A stretch of 64,000 nucleotides of DNA from a bacterium (GTDB lineage Bacteria; SAR324; NAC60-12). The stretch is from assembly GCA_965209155.1 (NCBI GenBank), contig OZ242383.1:1824001-1888000 (forward strand). The letters are read 5' to 3'. This document shows, piece after piece, positions 40,968 to 51,418 of this stretch. The notes beneath the pieces were generated by a model. That model saw only the letters and a program-made list of their open reading frames with translations, was not told the DNA's origin and ran no database searches. Position 1 is the first letter of the stretch. Every line of letters begins with the position of its first letter. The position numbers were made by a program, and so were the translations under genes.

Positions 40968-41991
40968 TGACACCAGCAGATTGGAAAGAAGCCATTTCGA
41001 CCACAAAATTAACAGCAGACTCCAGTAACGGGTATGCGATAGCAATCCCGGTACCTTCTCCCAAACGCAGGTCCAGGTTCAAAAGGGGATCAGCCTGCAG
41101 AAACTTCAACAATGTCCTATGCCCGGTTTCATCGGAGAGATGGGAGAATATGCAATAGCCCAGAACTTCCGGTGCCAGTTTTGATGCTGCCAGTAAAGAA
41201 GCCGAGGCAATGAAACCATCCACTAGAGTCACCATCCGCAAAGCGGCTGCTTGTAAAAATGCACCACACATCATTACCATTTCAAAACCTCCGAAGGTGG
41301 AAAGAATTTCTAGAGGGGAACCATCCACACGATTGATAGTGATTGCCTTTTTCAGAACATTTATTTTTCGTTCTAAGCCTGTATCATCCATACCAGCACC
41401 TCGCCCTACGCAATCCTCTAGTGGAAGTCGGCAAAACAAACTCATCAGTATTGCAGCAGCAGAAGAATTACCAATCCCCATTTCTCCAAATCCCACGACG
41501 TTGCACCCCTTCTCATGTAATTCTGAAACGATTGTCGCACCTCTCTTCAAGGCAAGATCACATTGTTCCGGAGTCATAGCGGACATCTTTGAGTAATTTC
41601 TCGTGCCTTTGGCTACTTTTGCCTGCAGGAGGTGCGGATGGGGTGGAAAATCAAAAGCGACCCCTGCGTCCACAACCAGGACTTCGATAGCATGTTGCCG
41701 GCTGAAGACGTTGATAGCAGCACCCCCTGCTAAAAAATTCATCACCATCTGGTAGGTAACCTCTCGAGGGTAGGCACTCACTCCTTCGGCGACAATTCCA
41801 TGATCTCCCGCAAAAACGACAATTGCCGGTTTTTTTAGAACTGGCTCGAGCGTATTTTGGATACTCCCCAACTGCAGAGCCAATTTTTCTATTTTCCCCA
41901 ACGCTCCAAAAGGTTTGGTTTTGCTGTCGATTTTGAATTGCAACTGCTCACGAATGGCATGAGAAACCGGAGTAATGTCGATCGAGCACAT
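40951..41991 (-). CDS. cobT: Nicotinate-nucleotide-dimethylbenzimidazole phosphoribosyltransferase
   Basis: FAGDHG, GEMGIGN and LRLGEGTG. Confidence 0.95.
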   Translation of the reverse strand: MCSIDITPVSHAIREQLQFKIDSKTKPFGALGKIEKLALQLGSIQNTLEPVLKKPAIVVFAGDHGIVAEGVSAYPREVTYQMVMNFLAGGAAINVFSRQHAIEVLVVDAGVAFDFPPHPHLLQAKVAKGTRNYSKMSAMTPEQCDLALKRGATIVSELHEKGCNVVGFGEMGIGNSSAAAILMSLFCRLPLEDCVGRGAGMDDTGLERKINVLKKAITINRVDGSPLEILSTFGGFEMVMMCGAFLQAAALRMVTLVDGFIASASLLAASKLAPEVLGYCIFSHLSDETGHRTLLKFLQADPLLNLDLRLGEGTGIAIAYPLLESAVNFVVEMASFQSAGVSEKNT

Positions 41992-42020
41992 GGATTGGCA
42001 AGATTAGATAGTTCAACGAC

Positions 42021-42518
42021 TCACTTAATCTGCAGCACCTGGCCTGCCACGCAAAAATGCACTTCATGGGCACGCTGTCCCACCATTTGAGCCACTTTCC
42101 CCGAGATATCGACAAACTGTCGTGCCAGGCTATTGTTTGGAATCACACCCATTCCCACATCGTTGATTACCAGGATCATGGGGATGGTCAATTTCATGAT
42201 GCAGTCCACTTCTTTCATGATTGATTGCTCAGTCTTTTGGTGATAGAGCATGTTGTTGATCCACATGCTCATGCATTCAACCAAAACAGCAGAGCGGAAC
42301 TCCTTCATACATCGCGCCAATTCCAGCGGTTCTTCCACTGTTAAAAATTGATTTTGACGACGCTGTTGGTGGACGAAAATACGCTGTTGCATTTCCGCGT
42401 CAATGATTTCCGAAGTGGCTAAGTAAATCGGTTTTTCCTTACAGACTAACTTCTGACAGCACTTTTCAGCAAATTGCGATTTTCCACTTTTCACACCTCC
42501 GGTGATCAACACTTTCAT
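42021..42518 (-). CDS. cobU: Adenosylcobinamide kinase/guanylyltransferase
   Basis: LITGGVKSGKS, HQQRR and NDVGMGVIP. Confidence 0.92.
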   Translation of the reverse strand: MKVLITGGVKSGKSQFAEKCCQKLVCKEKPIYLATSEIIDAEMQQRIFVHQQRRQNQFLTVEEPLELARCMKEFRSAVLVECMSMWINNMLYHQKTEQSIMKEVDCIMKLTIPMILVINDVGMGVIPNNSLARQFVDISGKVAQMVGQRAHEVHFCVAGQVLQIK

Positions 42519-42623
42519 GATGCACTCTGTGATATATTGCTGTTGTTTTGTAATTTTTATCAAATTTGTATATCCTACCCTGTATGAACATGCCAACGAA
42601 TATCTGTAAATTTACGGAGATCT

Positions 42624-43061
42624 ATGGATCTAGAACTGCTGAAAAAGAAAATCAGGGATTGTGGTCTCAAATGCACTCCAACTCGGCTGGCAGTACTTCA
42701 GTACCTGGTGAAAGCCCATCGGCCGGTTTCCACTCGAGAGGTTATCCACAATTTGAAAGATACGGCCATCGATAAAGTCACTATTTATCGAATCCTGGAA
42801 AGTTTTGTTGGCAAAAACTTGATCACACCCGTCGACCACCGGGGCCGACGGCGATTGTATGAAGCCCATATAGGAGCCAACTGCCAGGAGAATCATTCCC
42901 ATTTCAATTGTTTGCTTTGTGGCAGTGTCTCATGTATGGAGAAAAATATGCTACAAATTGCCACATTGCCTCTCCCTGCCGGATTTCAACTCAAACAGGT
43001 TCGCCTGCAGATTGAAGGGATCTGTCCCGATTGCAGTTCTCTCGAGGCATCCACTCTTTGA
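42624..43061 (+). CDS. Fur-family transcriptional regulator
   Basis: TPTRLAVL, VTIYRIL, HSHFNCLLC and CPDC. Confidence 0.9.
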   Translation: MDLELLKKKIRDCGLKCTPTRLAVLQYLVKAHRPVSTREVIHNLKDTAIDKVTIYRILESFVGKNLITPVDHRGRRRLYEAHIGANCQENHSHFNCLLCGSVSCMEKNMLQIATLPLPAGFQLKQVRLQIEGICPDCSSLEASTL

Positions 43062-43064
43062 GAG

Positions 43065-44087
43065 TCATGACAGGGGCTGGCTGAAAAGTGTCCATTCACT
43101 AAAAAATGCTCTCAAATGAGAAAATGCGCTCAATGTGGGCTGACGCTGTAATAAGAGGTGAATTGCACGAATCGTTGGAGGAATTGCATTCCGAAAGTGA
43201 AATTTATTTTTCCGGGAAGACAAAAAGCCATAGGTTCCCAAAGAACGTAAACGCCGGAGGAGGACAAAGTGATAAAAATGTTTTAGAAATTGCGCTTTGG
43301 ATATATACAGCCAGGGATTCAACTCTTGAAGATAAATATTGATGAGGAAATCCCGCTGTGGCTCGTCCAATCCGGATGAGGAAGCATACAATAGGCAAGC
43401 GAGATCATAATGTATCGCGCCTCGACACCCCATTTGATAATCAATAAAATATGGACTTTCTTTCTTCCACATGATGTTTCTTGGTTGGAAATCCCGCAGA
43501 ACCAGGACTTGGCGTTCTACTCCATCCAGATATGCAACAAGTAGTTCCAATTCTTTCAAAATGGTGTTGTTTAAAGAGGACTGTGGGACAAATTGCTGAC
43601 AGAAAAACTGCTGAAAGTATTCCAAATCCCATGTAAATACGGAACGATTGAGTTCTGACCCTTGAAAACAAAATGAATAATCCAGACCTTGGTTCCCTTC
43701 AAACTGAATGCGAGGCAGCCAGTTGATCACCCTTCGATACGCATTCAATATTCCGGAAGTATTGACTGGATTGGTATCATTCCATTGTCGCAACAAATCA
43801 GCCATGGACCAATTCCCTAAATCTTCCAATAAATAACACCTTTGCTTCCTGTCAACCGCATAAATTTGAGGAACCGGAATGCCAATTCGGGCCAAATGCT
43901 TGGACAAATAGATAAATGCATGGTTTTCGGTAATATTTGGATTCGTCACTCCAACCCAAGATTGCCCCCCTTGTTGAAAACGATATATACGACGGTCGGA
44001 GCCATCGCCTTTCATCGCCACGGGTTCGGCAAGAGGACCAAGGCGCTCTTTTGCCAGTATTTTCAATGAATTCAGTAGTTCCATCAA
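43065..44087 (-). CDS. Aminoglycoside-phosphotransferase-like kinase (AmgK-like)
   Basis: GDGSDRRIYR, LLEDLG, RDFQPRNIM and IDYQ. Confidence 0.82.
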   Translation of the reverse strand: MMELLNSLKILAKERLGPLAEPVAMKGDGSDRRIYRFQQGGQSWVGVTNPNITENHAFIYLSKHLARIGIPVPQIYAVDRKQRCYLLEDLGNWSMADLLRQWNDTNPVNTSGILNAYRRVINWLPRIQFEGNQGLDYSFCFQGSELNRSVFTWDLEYFQQFFCQQFVPQSSLNNTILKELELLVAYLDGVERQVLVLRDFQPRNIMWKKESPYFIDYQMGCRGAIHYDLACLLYASSSGLDEPQRDFLINIYLQELNPWLYISKAQFLKHFYHFVLLRRLRSLGTYGFLSSRKNKFHFRNAIPPTIRAIHLLLQRQPTLSAFSHLRAFFSEWTLFSQPLS

Positions 44088-44258
44088 TTCAGTTCAGGTT
44101 TTCTCTTCAGCTTGACTACACGTTTAAATAGAAAGGGGTAGCTTTTATCCAAGCCTGAGTAAAATAGACTAAACCTCCGCTGAGCGCTTCCCATCCATCC
44201 CAAAGAGCGATGACTCCGACCACGGCAGCATCACCGTCACCCAGTCCTTATTTCTGGT

Positions 44259-45038
44259 TTATTCAGGACGGCGATACTTTCGAATAAATTCAATCAGATG
44301 AGGTGCGATTATGTCTGCATCCAAAAGTCCATCCTCATATTTCAATTGGGGTAGAATCAAGTACCGCGCCCGGGGCATGATTCGGCCTGCTTCACGAATT
44401 GCCAGAAATTTGTCCTCAGCCGTGTCCGTAATCAACAGTGTTGGAATGGTGATGGATTCTAAAAGACTTTCGATGCCATCCCATTGACAGATTGCCTCCA
44501 GAGACATTGCATAAGCCTCTGGAATTCCTCGCGATACGTCCAATTCCCACTCCTGTGAAAAGGACCGCTGAGCTTTCAATGAAGTGAGCAGCGCCAGGAT
44601 ACCCTCCGTGCGCAATTGTTTGATCCATTCCTGCATTTTCTGCAATTCTGTTGTGACGGGATAGGGGTGCGCGCCTGCAATTATCAATGAACGGATCCGC
44701 CTTTGATGGTGGGCTGCCATGAAAAACCCAACCTGCGCTCCTATTCCCAAGCCAAGAAAATTGATTTTTTCGACTTTTAATTCATCCATGATGTCCAAGA
44801 GATTCCGTGCTCGGGATTCCATGACGTATCGTTCGAAATTCCGAGGTGCGTCACTACGCCCTTGTCCCAGGGGATCGATCAAGACCAAACGACAATGATC
44901 TTGCAAGTGTTTCACATAGTTGCTCCGGTACCATCCCCGGAGGGTCTGTAAAAAAGGAGAGTATAGCACTAAAAAAGGCCCTTTGTTTCCTTCGAGGCGG
45001 TAGTGGATACGTTGTTTCATACTCAATGCGATGGGCAC
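44259..45038 (-). CDS. Alpha/beta-hydrolase-fold protein with a degenerate active site
   Basis: IDPLGQGRSD; the nucleophile elbow reads GLGIG. Confidence 0.8.
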   Translation of the reverse strand: MPIALSMKQRIHYRLEGNKGPFLVLYSPFLQTLRGWYRSNYVKHLQDHCRLVLIDPLGQGRSDAPRNFERYVMESRARNLLDIMDELKVEKINFLGLGIGAQVGFFMAAHHQRRIRSLIIAGAHPYPVTTELQKMQEWIKQLRTEGILALLTSLKAQRSFSQEWELDVSRGIPEAYAMSLEAICQWDGIESLLESITIPTLLITDTAEDKFLAIREAGRIMPRARYLILPQLKYEDGLLDADIIAPHLIEFIRKYRRPE

Positions 45039-45076
45039 GCTGCTTTTTCATTTCAAGAAATTGTTTATCCTTTCGA

Positions 45077-45844
45077 TCACATGTTTTGATCGAGATTCAT
45101 AACGGGATTATTGATCAAACTGGCTGTAAATGCTGCTCCAAATCCATTATCGATATTGACTACAGTGACACCAGGAGCGCAGCTATTGAGCATCGAAAGC
45201 AAAGTACCAAGGCCTTGTAAACCTGTTCCATATCCCACGGAAGTGGGTACGGCAATCACTGGGATTTGCACCAGTCCTCCTACCACGCTGGCCAGCGCGC
45301 CTTCCATTCCTGCAACCACGATAATGACTCTGGCCCGGCGTATTCGTTCCAGTTGATCCAGCAGACGATGCAAACCCGCAACACCCACATCTGAAATCAA
45401 CTCGACAGCATTGCCCATGATCTGCGCTGTTTCTTTTGCTTCTTCCGCGACTGGTAAATCAGCGGTGCCGGCGCACAAAATAAGAATATCTCCTGTTTGT
45501 TCGCTTTGCGCGGGAGCAAAAGTCAAAGTGCGCGACAGACTATTGTAACGTCCCGGGAATCCTTTTTCCTTAAATTGTAAATATTTTTCTTCTGAAAGAC
45601 GGGTAATCAGCAAACGGTCGTGTATTGCAAGATGATTTTCACAAATTTTTACCAGGTGCTCCACGGATTTGTGTTCCGCATAAACCACTTCAGGAAACCC
45701 CAATCTCGATTTCCGTCCGTGGTCCACTTTTGCGAATCCCAAATCGCTGTAACTGACCGCCTGTACCTGTTCCAAAGCGTTTTCCGGCGTCAGTGACTGT
45801 TCCTGAATTTGTCGGAAAATTTCATATAAGTATTTGTGATCCAT
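45077..45844 (-). CDS. larB: Nickel pincer cofactor biosynthesis protein LarB
   Basis: GFPEVVY, AGTADLPVAEE, DVGVAGLHRL, AGMEGAL and VVNIDNGFGA. Confidence 0.9.
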   Translation of the reverse strand: MDHKYLYEIFRQIQEQSLTPENALEQVQAVSYSDLGFAKVDHGRKSRLGFPEVVYAEHKSVEHLVKICENHLAIHDRLLITRLSEEKYLQFKEKGFPGRYNSLSRTLTFAPAQSEQTGDILILCAGTADLPVAEEAKETAQIMGNAVELISDVGVAGLHRLLDQLERIRRARVIIVVAGMEGALASVVGGLVQIPVIAVPTSVGYGTGLQGLGTLLSMLNSCAPGVTVVNIDNGFGAAFTASLINNPVMNLDQNM

Positions 45845-45875
45845 AAATCCGTTCGCTACATACGTTGATGTTACG

Positions 45876-46865
45876 CTAGTTTTTAACGGAATTCATTTCC
45901 TTTAAAAACTGCAGATCATTTACCGAAGGCCGGTGTTTCCAACGACGGTGAAACCATGCCCATTGCGAAGGATATCGGCGAATGATTTTTTCAAGATGTT
46001 GATTGAATTGCAAACCAACCTCATAGAGATCACGTCGATTCGGTTTCTTTTTTTCAAAGACTCCAACACGTTCAATCTGTACGTCGAATTGTCCGCATGG
46101 TTGTCGGATCACCATTGCGCTCAACACGAGCGCCCCGGTTTTCAATGCCAGGCTGGCTGCAACTATTGGAGTTAGTGCTGGAATATCAAAAAAAGGAATA
46201 AACATACTGGAGACATCCGTATCTTGATCAATGATCACAAAAAAGATCTCATTTTGCTTAAAACACAGGAGTATTTCACGTGCAGACTGTGGAGCGCCAC
46301 GCGGAATGAGCGTGATACCTCCTCTTTGACGTAATTTTACAAAAAATTCATTCAATCGTTCATCATAAATCGGAGTGACTGCCACTTTGGCCGAATATCC
46401 TGTTCTCTCGAAATAATACGTCAGTAGCTCCCAGTTTCCTATATGGGCGCCTAAAACGATAGTTCCTTTTCCGCGTTCGTATCCTTCCTTTAAAAGTGAT
46501 TCTCCATATACTCGGATCCGTTGATTGGATTGATCAAACCAGCGTTCCACACCCAGTATTTCGAACAACATTTGTCCATAATGGAGAAAACATTCATAAG
46601 TCCACTTTTTACGTTGGGATGCAGGAATGTCTTTAAAAACAAGAGCCAGCTGCTGTTCGACAATTCCACGGTCTTTCCAGAGCAGGTAATATGCGCTTCG
46701 TCCCAGACACCTACCCAAGAATTGCAAAACCTCGAGTGGAAGCCAATTGCCCAATACCACTCCACCCCTCATAGAATAATATTCCAAATCACGTCGCAAT
46801 CTTTTTGTCCAACGCGGTCTCTTTTTTTCAAATTTTTGATATGAAATCTCTTGCTGCTCTTGCAT
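45876..46865 (-). CDS. Lipid A biosynthesis acyltransferase (LpxL/HtrB family)
   Basis: HIGNWE, IDQD and PSQWAWFHRRWK. Confidence 0.88.
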   Translation of the reverse strand: MQEQQEISYQKFEKKRPRWTKRLRRDLEYYSMRGGVVLGNWLPLEVLQFLGRCLGRSAYYLLWKDRGIVEQQLALVFKDIPASQRKKWTYECFLHYGQMLFEILGVERWFDQSNQRIRVYGESLLKEGYERGKGTIVLGAHIGNWELLTYYFERTGYSAKVAVTPIYDERLNEFFVKLRQRGGITLIPRGAPQSAREILLCFKQNEIFFVIIDQDTDVSSMFIPFFDIPALTPIVAASLALKTGALVLSAMVIRQPCGQFDVQIERVGVFEKKKPNRRDLYEVGLQFNQHLEKIIRRYPSQWAWFHRRWKHRPSVNDLQFLKEMNSVKN

Positions 46866-46886
46866 GAAACCACGTGGTTGACAAAA

Positions 46887-48269
46887 TTATCGCATAATTT
46901 GAACAATCTTTTCCATCACCGCCTCAGTGGAAGCAGGAAGGGTCTGACAGCGTGTTTTCTGATTTTGCAAACAAGACAACGCCGGGGGAACAGGTGGTTC
47001 CTTTCCAATCGCAGCCCTGACTGCTTGTACGAATTTGGCAGGATGAGCAGTCGCTAAACAAATTTGAGGAGATTTTCCTGCCGTCGTTTCCATGGCTCGC
47101 ACCCCCACAGCCGTGTGGGGGTCCAGAATATATTGGAATTTCTCGAAACACTCTCTGATGGTTGTCAGGGTCTCTGGTTCTGAAACACTGACAGAACTCA
47201 TTTCTTGTTGTGCTTTTTCCAAAAAAACTCCCCTTATATCCAGTTTGCCTGTTTGATGAAATGTCCGCATCCACTGTCCCAGTCTATCTGGTTGCTGCCC
47301 GCTCACATAATAGAGAAATCTTTCAAAATTACTGGAGATCTGAATATCCATCGAAGGACTCCATGTGGGGACAACAGAGTGCTGGTGGTATTCCCCTTTT
47401 GTGAAAAAACGATGCAGGATGTCATTCTTATTGGTGGCCACGATCAGCCGGTTGATAGGAAGTCCCATCATTTTTGCATAATAACCTGCCAGAATGTTTC
47501 CAAAATTCCCGGTTGGCACTGAAAAATCTACGGGTGCGTCACATCGAGGCCGCACCCTGAAATATCCATAAAAATAGTAGACGATTTGTGCCAGTATTCG
47601 AGCCCAGTTGAATGAATTGACTGCGCCTAGCTGGTATTTATTCTTGAATTGTAAATTCGTGAAGAGCGATTTTACAATGGTCTGCGCGTCATCAAAGGTA
47701 CCTTCGATTGCCAGGTTATGGATGTTGGGTTCCAAGACGGTCGTCATTTGATGTTCCTGGATAGTACTGATGCGACCTTTTGGATGCAGGACAAAAAGAT
47801 GAATGTTTTTTTTACCCCGCAATCCATATATGGCAGCGCTTCCGGTATCTCCGGAGGTTGCTGCTAAAACTGTGACATGGCGTTGATTTTTCTGTAAAAA
47901 ATAATTAAACAGATTGCCTAAAAATTGAAGCGCAATGTCTTTGAATGAATAAGTTGGCCCATGAAACAGTTCCATGATAAAAATATTTCCCACTGGAACA
48001 ATTGGGGTGATTTCAGTATGATCAAAGGAAGTATGACTGCGATAAATAAGGTTTTTTAAATCATCACCAGGAATTTCGTTTCCTATGAAGAGAGATAGGA
48101 TGGCCAAGCTCAAGTCCTGAAAAGAGTAAGTACTCCATTCCTGCAGATTTTTCTCGACCTGAGGTATTGCTTCGGGGAGAAGCAAACCTCCATCGGAGGC
48201 CAACCCCATAAGGACGGAATCTTCAAAAGTCAAATTTCTGACATTTCCTCGAGTGCTTTTATATTTCAT
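46887..48269 (-). CDS. thrC: Threonine synthase
   Basis: MKYKSTRG, ELFHGPTYSFKD, ATSGDTG and VPTGNFGN. Confidence 0.96.
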   Translation of the reverse strand: MKYKSTRGNVRNLTFEDSVLMGLASDGGLLLPEAIPQVEKNLQEWSTYSFQDLSLAILSLFIGNEIPGDDLKNLIYRSHTSFDHTEITPIVPVGNIFIMELFHGPTYSFKDIALQFLGNLFNYFLQKNQRHVTVLAATSGDTGSAAIYGLRGKKNIHLFVLHPKGRISTIQEHQMTTVLEPNIHNLAIEGTFDDAQTIVKSLFTNLQFKNKYQLGAVNSFNWARILAQIVYYFYGYFRVRPRCDAPVDFSVPTGNFGNILAGYYAKMMGLPINRLIVATNKNDILHRFFTKGEYHQHSVVPTWSPSMDIQISSNFERFLYYVSGQQPDRLGQWMRTFHQTGKLDIRGVFLEKAQQEMSSVSVSEPETLTTIRECFEKFQYILDPHTAVGVRAMETTAGKSPQICLATAHPAKFVQAVRAAIGKEPPVPPALSCLQNQKTRCQTLPASTEAVMEKIVQIMR

Positions 48270-48807
48270 ACTTGGTTTGCAGGGTTAATTCTATGATGCG
48301 TTTCGATATGATCCACCCCGATCCTTTCAAGATTAATGGTAATGATGTGAAATCCACAGATGGAAAACAGCGGCTCTTATACGAAAACTGCTATGCGGTA
48401 TCATTTTACTCGTTTCAACAATGCAGACTGGATTTACTTTTTTTGAGTATTGTGGCTGAATAACAGGTGTTCCACCGCACGTGGAGCAATGCGACAACAA
48501 TTATAGCATAGTTGCTGTTGCTCGAGCCATCCAATTATTTATCTGAGAACCGGGTACTGATCAATAAGTTCATTTGCCTGGTGCATAAAGCCCGGTGAAA
48601 TCGCGTCTCACCGAAAAAATAGAGGGGGATTTATGTTCCTCTTCGTGAATATCACCGGTATGGAAGAAGTTTCACTTTTGAAATATCCTGAACAAAATCC
48701 ATCACTGATTGACTTTCCATTCTCTTATGAAAAGCGTATAAGGGCAGTTGGGGGCAAGGTCATGGTGTCAAACGTTTTCAGATCATTCGTATGAAGCCAA
48801 AACCGTC

Positions 48808-50751
48808 ATGCGTAAAAATTTACTCAATTCCATTACCGATCCACATCAAATTCATCATCTCTCTTTGCAAGAGTTAATACAACTCTCCCAAGAGTGCCGT
48901 CAACGCATTATCGACGTCACCAGTAAAGCCGGAGGACACTTGGCTTCGTCTCTGGGTTCTATCGAAATAACCATTGCGCTTTTCAAACTTTTTGATTTTC
49001 GTACAGACCGGATTGTATGGGACGTGGGACATCAGGCCTATGCTCACAAAATTCTCACGGGACGCAATGCGCGATTTGAATCATTGACCCAAAAAAACGG
49101 GATTAAAAAATTTCTTTCCCGTTCCGAAAGTCCTTATGATCATTTTGGTGCCGGTCATGCCTCGACTTCGATTTCTGCATCTTTGGGAATGGCGGTAGGG
49201 AGGGATTTATGTGGACAAGACCATTATGTTATTGCGGTCATTGGTGACGGGGGATTGACAGGAGGACTGGCGTTTGAAGCGCTCAACCATAATGGCTATT
49301 TGGGCAAAAATTTGATTATCATTCTCAGCGACAACGGAATGAGTATCGATCCCAATGTAGGTGCCTTGTCCAAAGTCATCACACGCGTCATTTCTTCCAA
49401 ATCCTACAATCGCTTCAGAGAGGAAGCCTGGGAAATGGCGGGGAAAGTACCATTTTCTGAGATAGTGCGTGCGGGAATGCACAAAATAAACGCTTCTCTG
49501 AAAGCATTCATCATTCCAGGAATGTTGTTCGAGCAGCTTGGTTGGCGCTATTTTGGCCCCATTGACGGACACAACATTTCCGACTTGATAGAGATTTTAG
49601 GTGACGCCAAGGACTTGAAAGGCCCCATTGTCATTCACGCCCTTACACAAAAAGGCAAAGGGTATTCTTATGCGGAAAATGATGCCTATAAGTATCATGG
49701 AGTGACTCCATTTGTTCCAGAAAGCGGCGAATTTATTAAAAACGCCAATCCCAATCCCAAAGCGATAAGTTATTCCAAAATTTTTGGAGATAAACTCGAG
49801 GTCTTGATGGAGCATGATCCGAGAGTAGTTGGCATCAGCCCTGCCATGCTCAGTGGATCCGGAATGATCCATTTACTGGCCAAATATCCCGACCGTATTT
49901 TTGACGTAGGAATCGCTGAGGGGCATTGCGTCACTTTTGCGGCGGGGATGGCAACGACCGAACTCAAGCCCTTTGTGGCAATATACTCAACATTCTTGCA
50001 ACGCGCAATCGACCACGTGATTCACGATGTTGCCATTCAGAAATTGCCGGTTCGATTTATGATCGACCGCGCGGGTCTGGTTGGTCCGGATGGCCCGACT
50101 CATCAAGGGGTCTATGATCTCACCTATTTGAGAATGATTCCAGGGATGACCATCATGGTTCCTAAAAACGGCGCAGAGTTGAAAGTAATGATCGATTTTG
50201 CCTATCAATATGAAGAAGGCCCTTGCGCTGTGCGCTATCCAAAGGGCAATAGCGATCAATTGGATGAATCGGAAATCGAACCCCTCGAATTGGGTCGGGC
50301 TCATGTCTTGAAAGAAGGTCAAGACATTGCTTTATGGGCAGTGGGAATTATGGTGAAAACCGCTTTGGAAGTAGCAAAGCTCTTAGAAAAGCGAGGTTAT
50401 AGCGTTGCGGTGATCAATGCCCGTTTTGTCAAACCACTGGACTCGGAATTGATCCAGCATTTCGGCCGGACGTGCAAAGTCTTTGTTACCTTGGAAGAAA
50501 ATACAATCCATGGAGGATTTGGCAGCGCAGTCCTTGAAAAATTAAGTGAATATGGATTGGCGCCTTTGACTTTGACACTGGGAGTACCTGATGAGTTCAT
50601 TCCTCAAGGCAGTCAGGTACAACAACAGGAAGACGCAGGATTGAGCGTCACCCTGGCCCTTGACGCGATTCTTAAAAAATGGCAATGTCTTCCTCGGAAA
50701 TTTAAAAAATCGACCCGTTTTTACAAACAAAAAAAGATGGTTGCCAGTTGA
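48808..50751 (+). CDS. dxs: 1-deoxy-D-xylulose-5-phosphate synthase
   Basis: GGHLASSLG, WDVGHQAY, GDGGLTGG and DRAGLVGPDGPTH. Confidence 0.96.
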   Translation: MRKNLLNSITDPHQIHHLSLQELIQLSQECRQRIIDVTSKAGGHLASSLGSIEITIALFKLFDFRTDRIVWDVGHQAYAHKILTGRNARFESLTQKNGIKKFLSRSESPYDHFGAGHASTSISASLGMAVGRDLCGQDHYVIAVIGDGGLTGGLAFEALNHNGYLGKNLIIILSDNGMSIDPNVGALSKVITRVISSKSYNRFREEAWEMAGKVPFSEIVRAGMHKINASLKAFIIPGMLFEQLGWRYFGPIDGHNISDLIEILGDAKDLKGPIVIHALTQKGKGYSYAENDAYKYHGVTPFVPESGEFIKNANPNPKAISYSKIFGDKLEVLMEHDPRVVGISPAMLSGSGMIHLLAKYPDRIFDVGIAEGHCVTFAAGMATTELKPFVAIYSTFLQRAIDHVIHDVAIQKLPVRFMIDRAGLVGPDGPTHQGVYDLTYLRMIPGMTIMVPKNGAELKVMIDFAYQYEEGPCAVRYPKGNSDQLDESEIEPLELGRAHVLKEGQDIALWAVGIMVKTALEVAKLLEKRGYSVAVINARFVKPLDSELIQHFGRTCKVFVTLEENTIHGGFGSAVLEKLSEYGLAPLTLTLGVPDEFIPQGSQVQQQEDAGLSVTLALDAILKKWQCLPRKFKKSTRFYKQKKMVAS

Positions 50752-50884
50752 AAAGATTTGATGCCTGCACTTCTGGAAACAGGACGAAAACAAAGTTTTA
50801 CTTTTCTTATAAAAGTCGCTATTCCATATAACTTTCATCAACATGTAAATAGTTAATCCTAACTTCATCATAGGGAAATGAATC

Positions 50885-51130
50885 ATGTCGGAAGATTTGC
50901 TTCAAACTTTAGAAAATAAAGTACAAAACGCAGTAGAAATGGTCGAGCTTCTGAAAGCAGAAATTGCGGAACTAATGGAAGAGAATGCCATTCTGAAAGA
51001 AACACACGCTCAATGGGAAGAAAAATTAACCAACCTGATTGGAAAACTTGAACAACTCGATGCAGAAGCCGATTCGGCATTGAACGAATCTCCCATAGGA
51101 GAAGTTGATTTAAAGGAAGAATCAAACTGA
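50885..51130 (+). CDS. zapB: Cell division protein ZapB
   Basis: LLQTLENKVQNAVEMVELLKAEIAEL...WEEKLTNLIGKL coiled coil. Confidence 0.8.
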   Translation: MSEDLLQTLENKVQNAVEMVELLKAEIAELMEENAILKETHAQWEEKLTNLIGKLEQLDAEADSALNESPIGEVDLKEESN

Positions 51131-51159
51131 CCTGGTTATTCCGAGTCTTCTTCTTTTAT

Positions 51160-51300
51160 GTTCTTCAAACACTACGTGACCCTTCGGTTGAAGGCCCAAG
51201 TCGCTTAAAAATTGGATGGCAAGAGTATTCACTGACATCACAACCTGCGCTTTTTTCGGCGAGGCTCTACATCCGAGTCAAGGTAATCAATGTTTGGACG
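51160..51300. ncRNA. Possible 6S-like long hairpin RNA
   Basis: Ends are complementary (TCAAACA...TGTTTGG); located downstream of zapB; strand unresolved. Confidence 0.25.
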
Positions 51301-51418
51301 TTGAGGTTTTCAGTGAACGAGGACCTTGAAAAAATTCTTGCGCTTGAATCGAATTGGCCTTAAAATTTCAAGCGTTTTAAGACCAAGAAACAATTCAGAT
51401 GCCGATTTTTGTTGCATT

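Noticed and set aside
42519..42623. Cobalamin riboswitch upstream of cobU
   Set aside because: The gap is short and AT-rich with no B12-box.
48540..48600. TPP riboswitch upstream of dxs
   Set aside because: CTGAGA and CTGATC are present, but the spacing, P1/P2 stems and AGGGA motif are missing.
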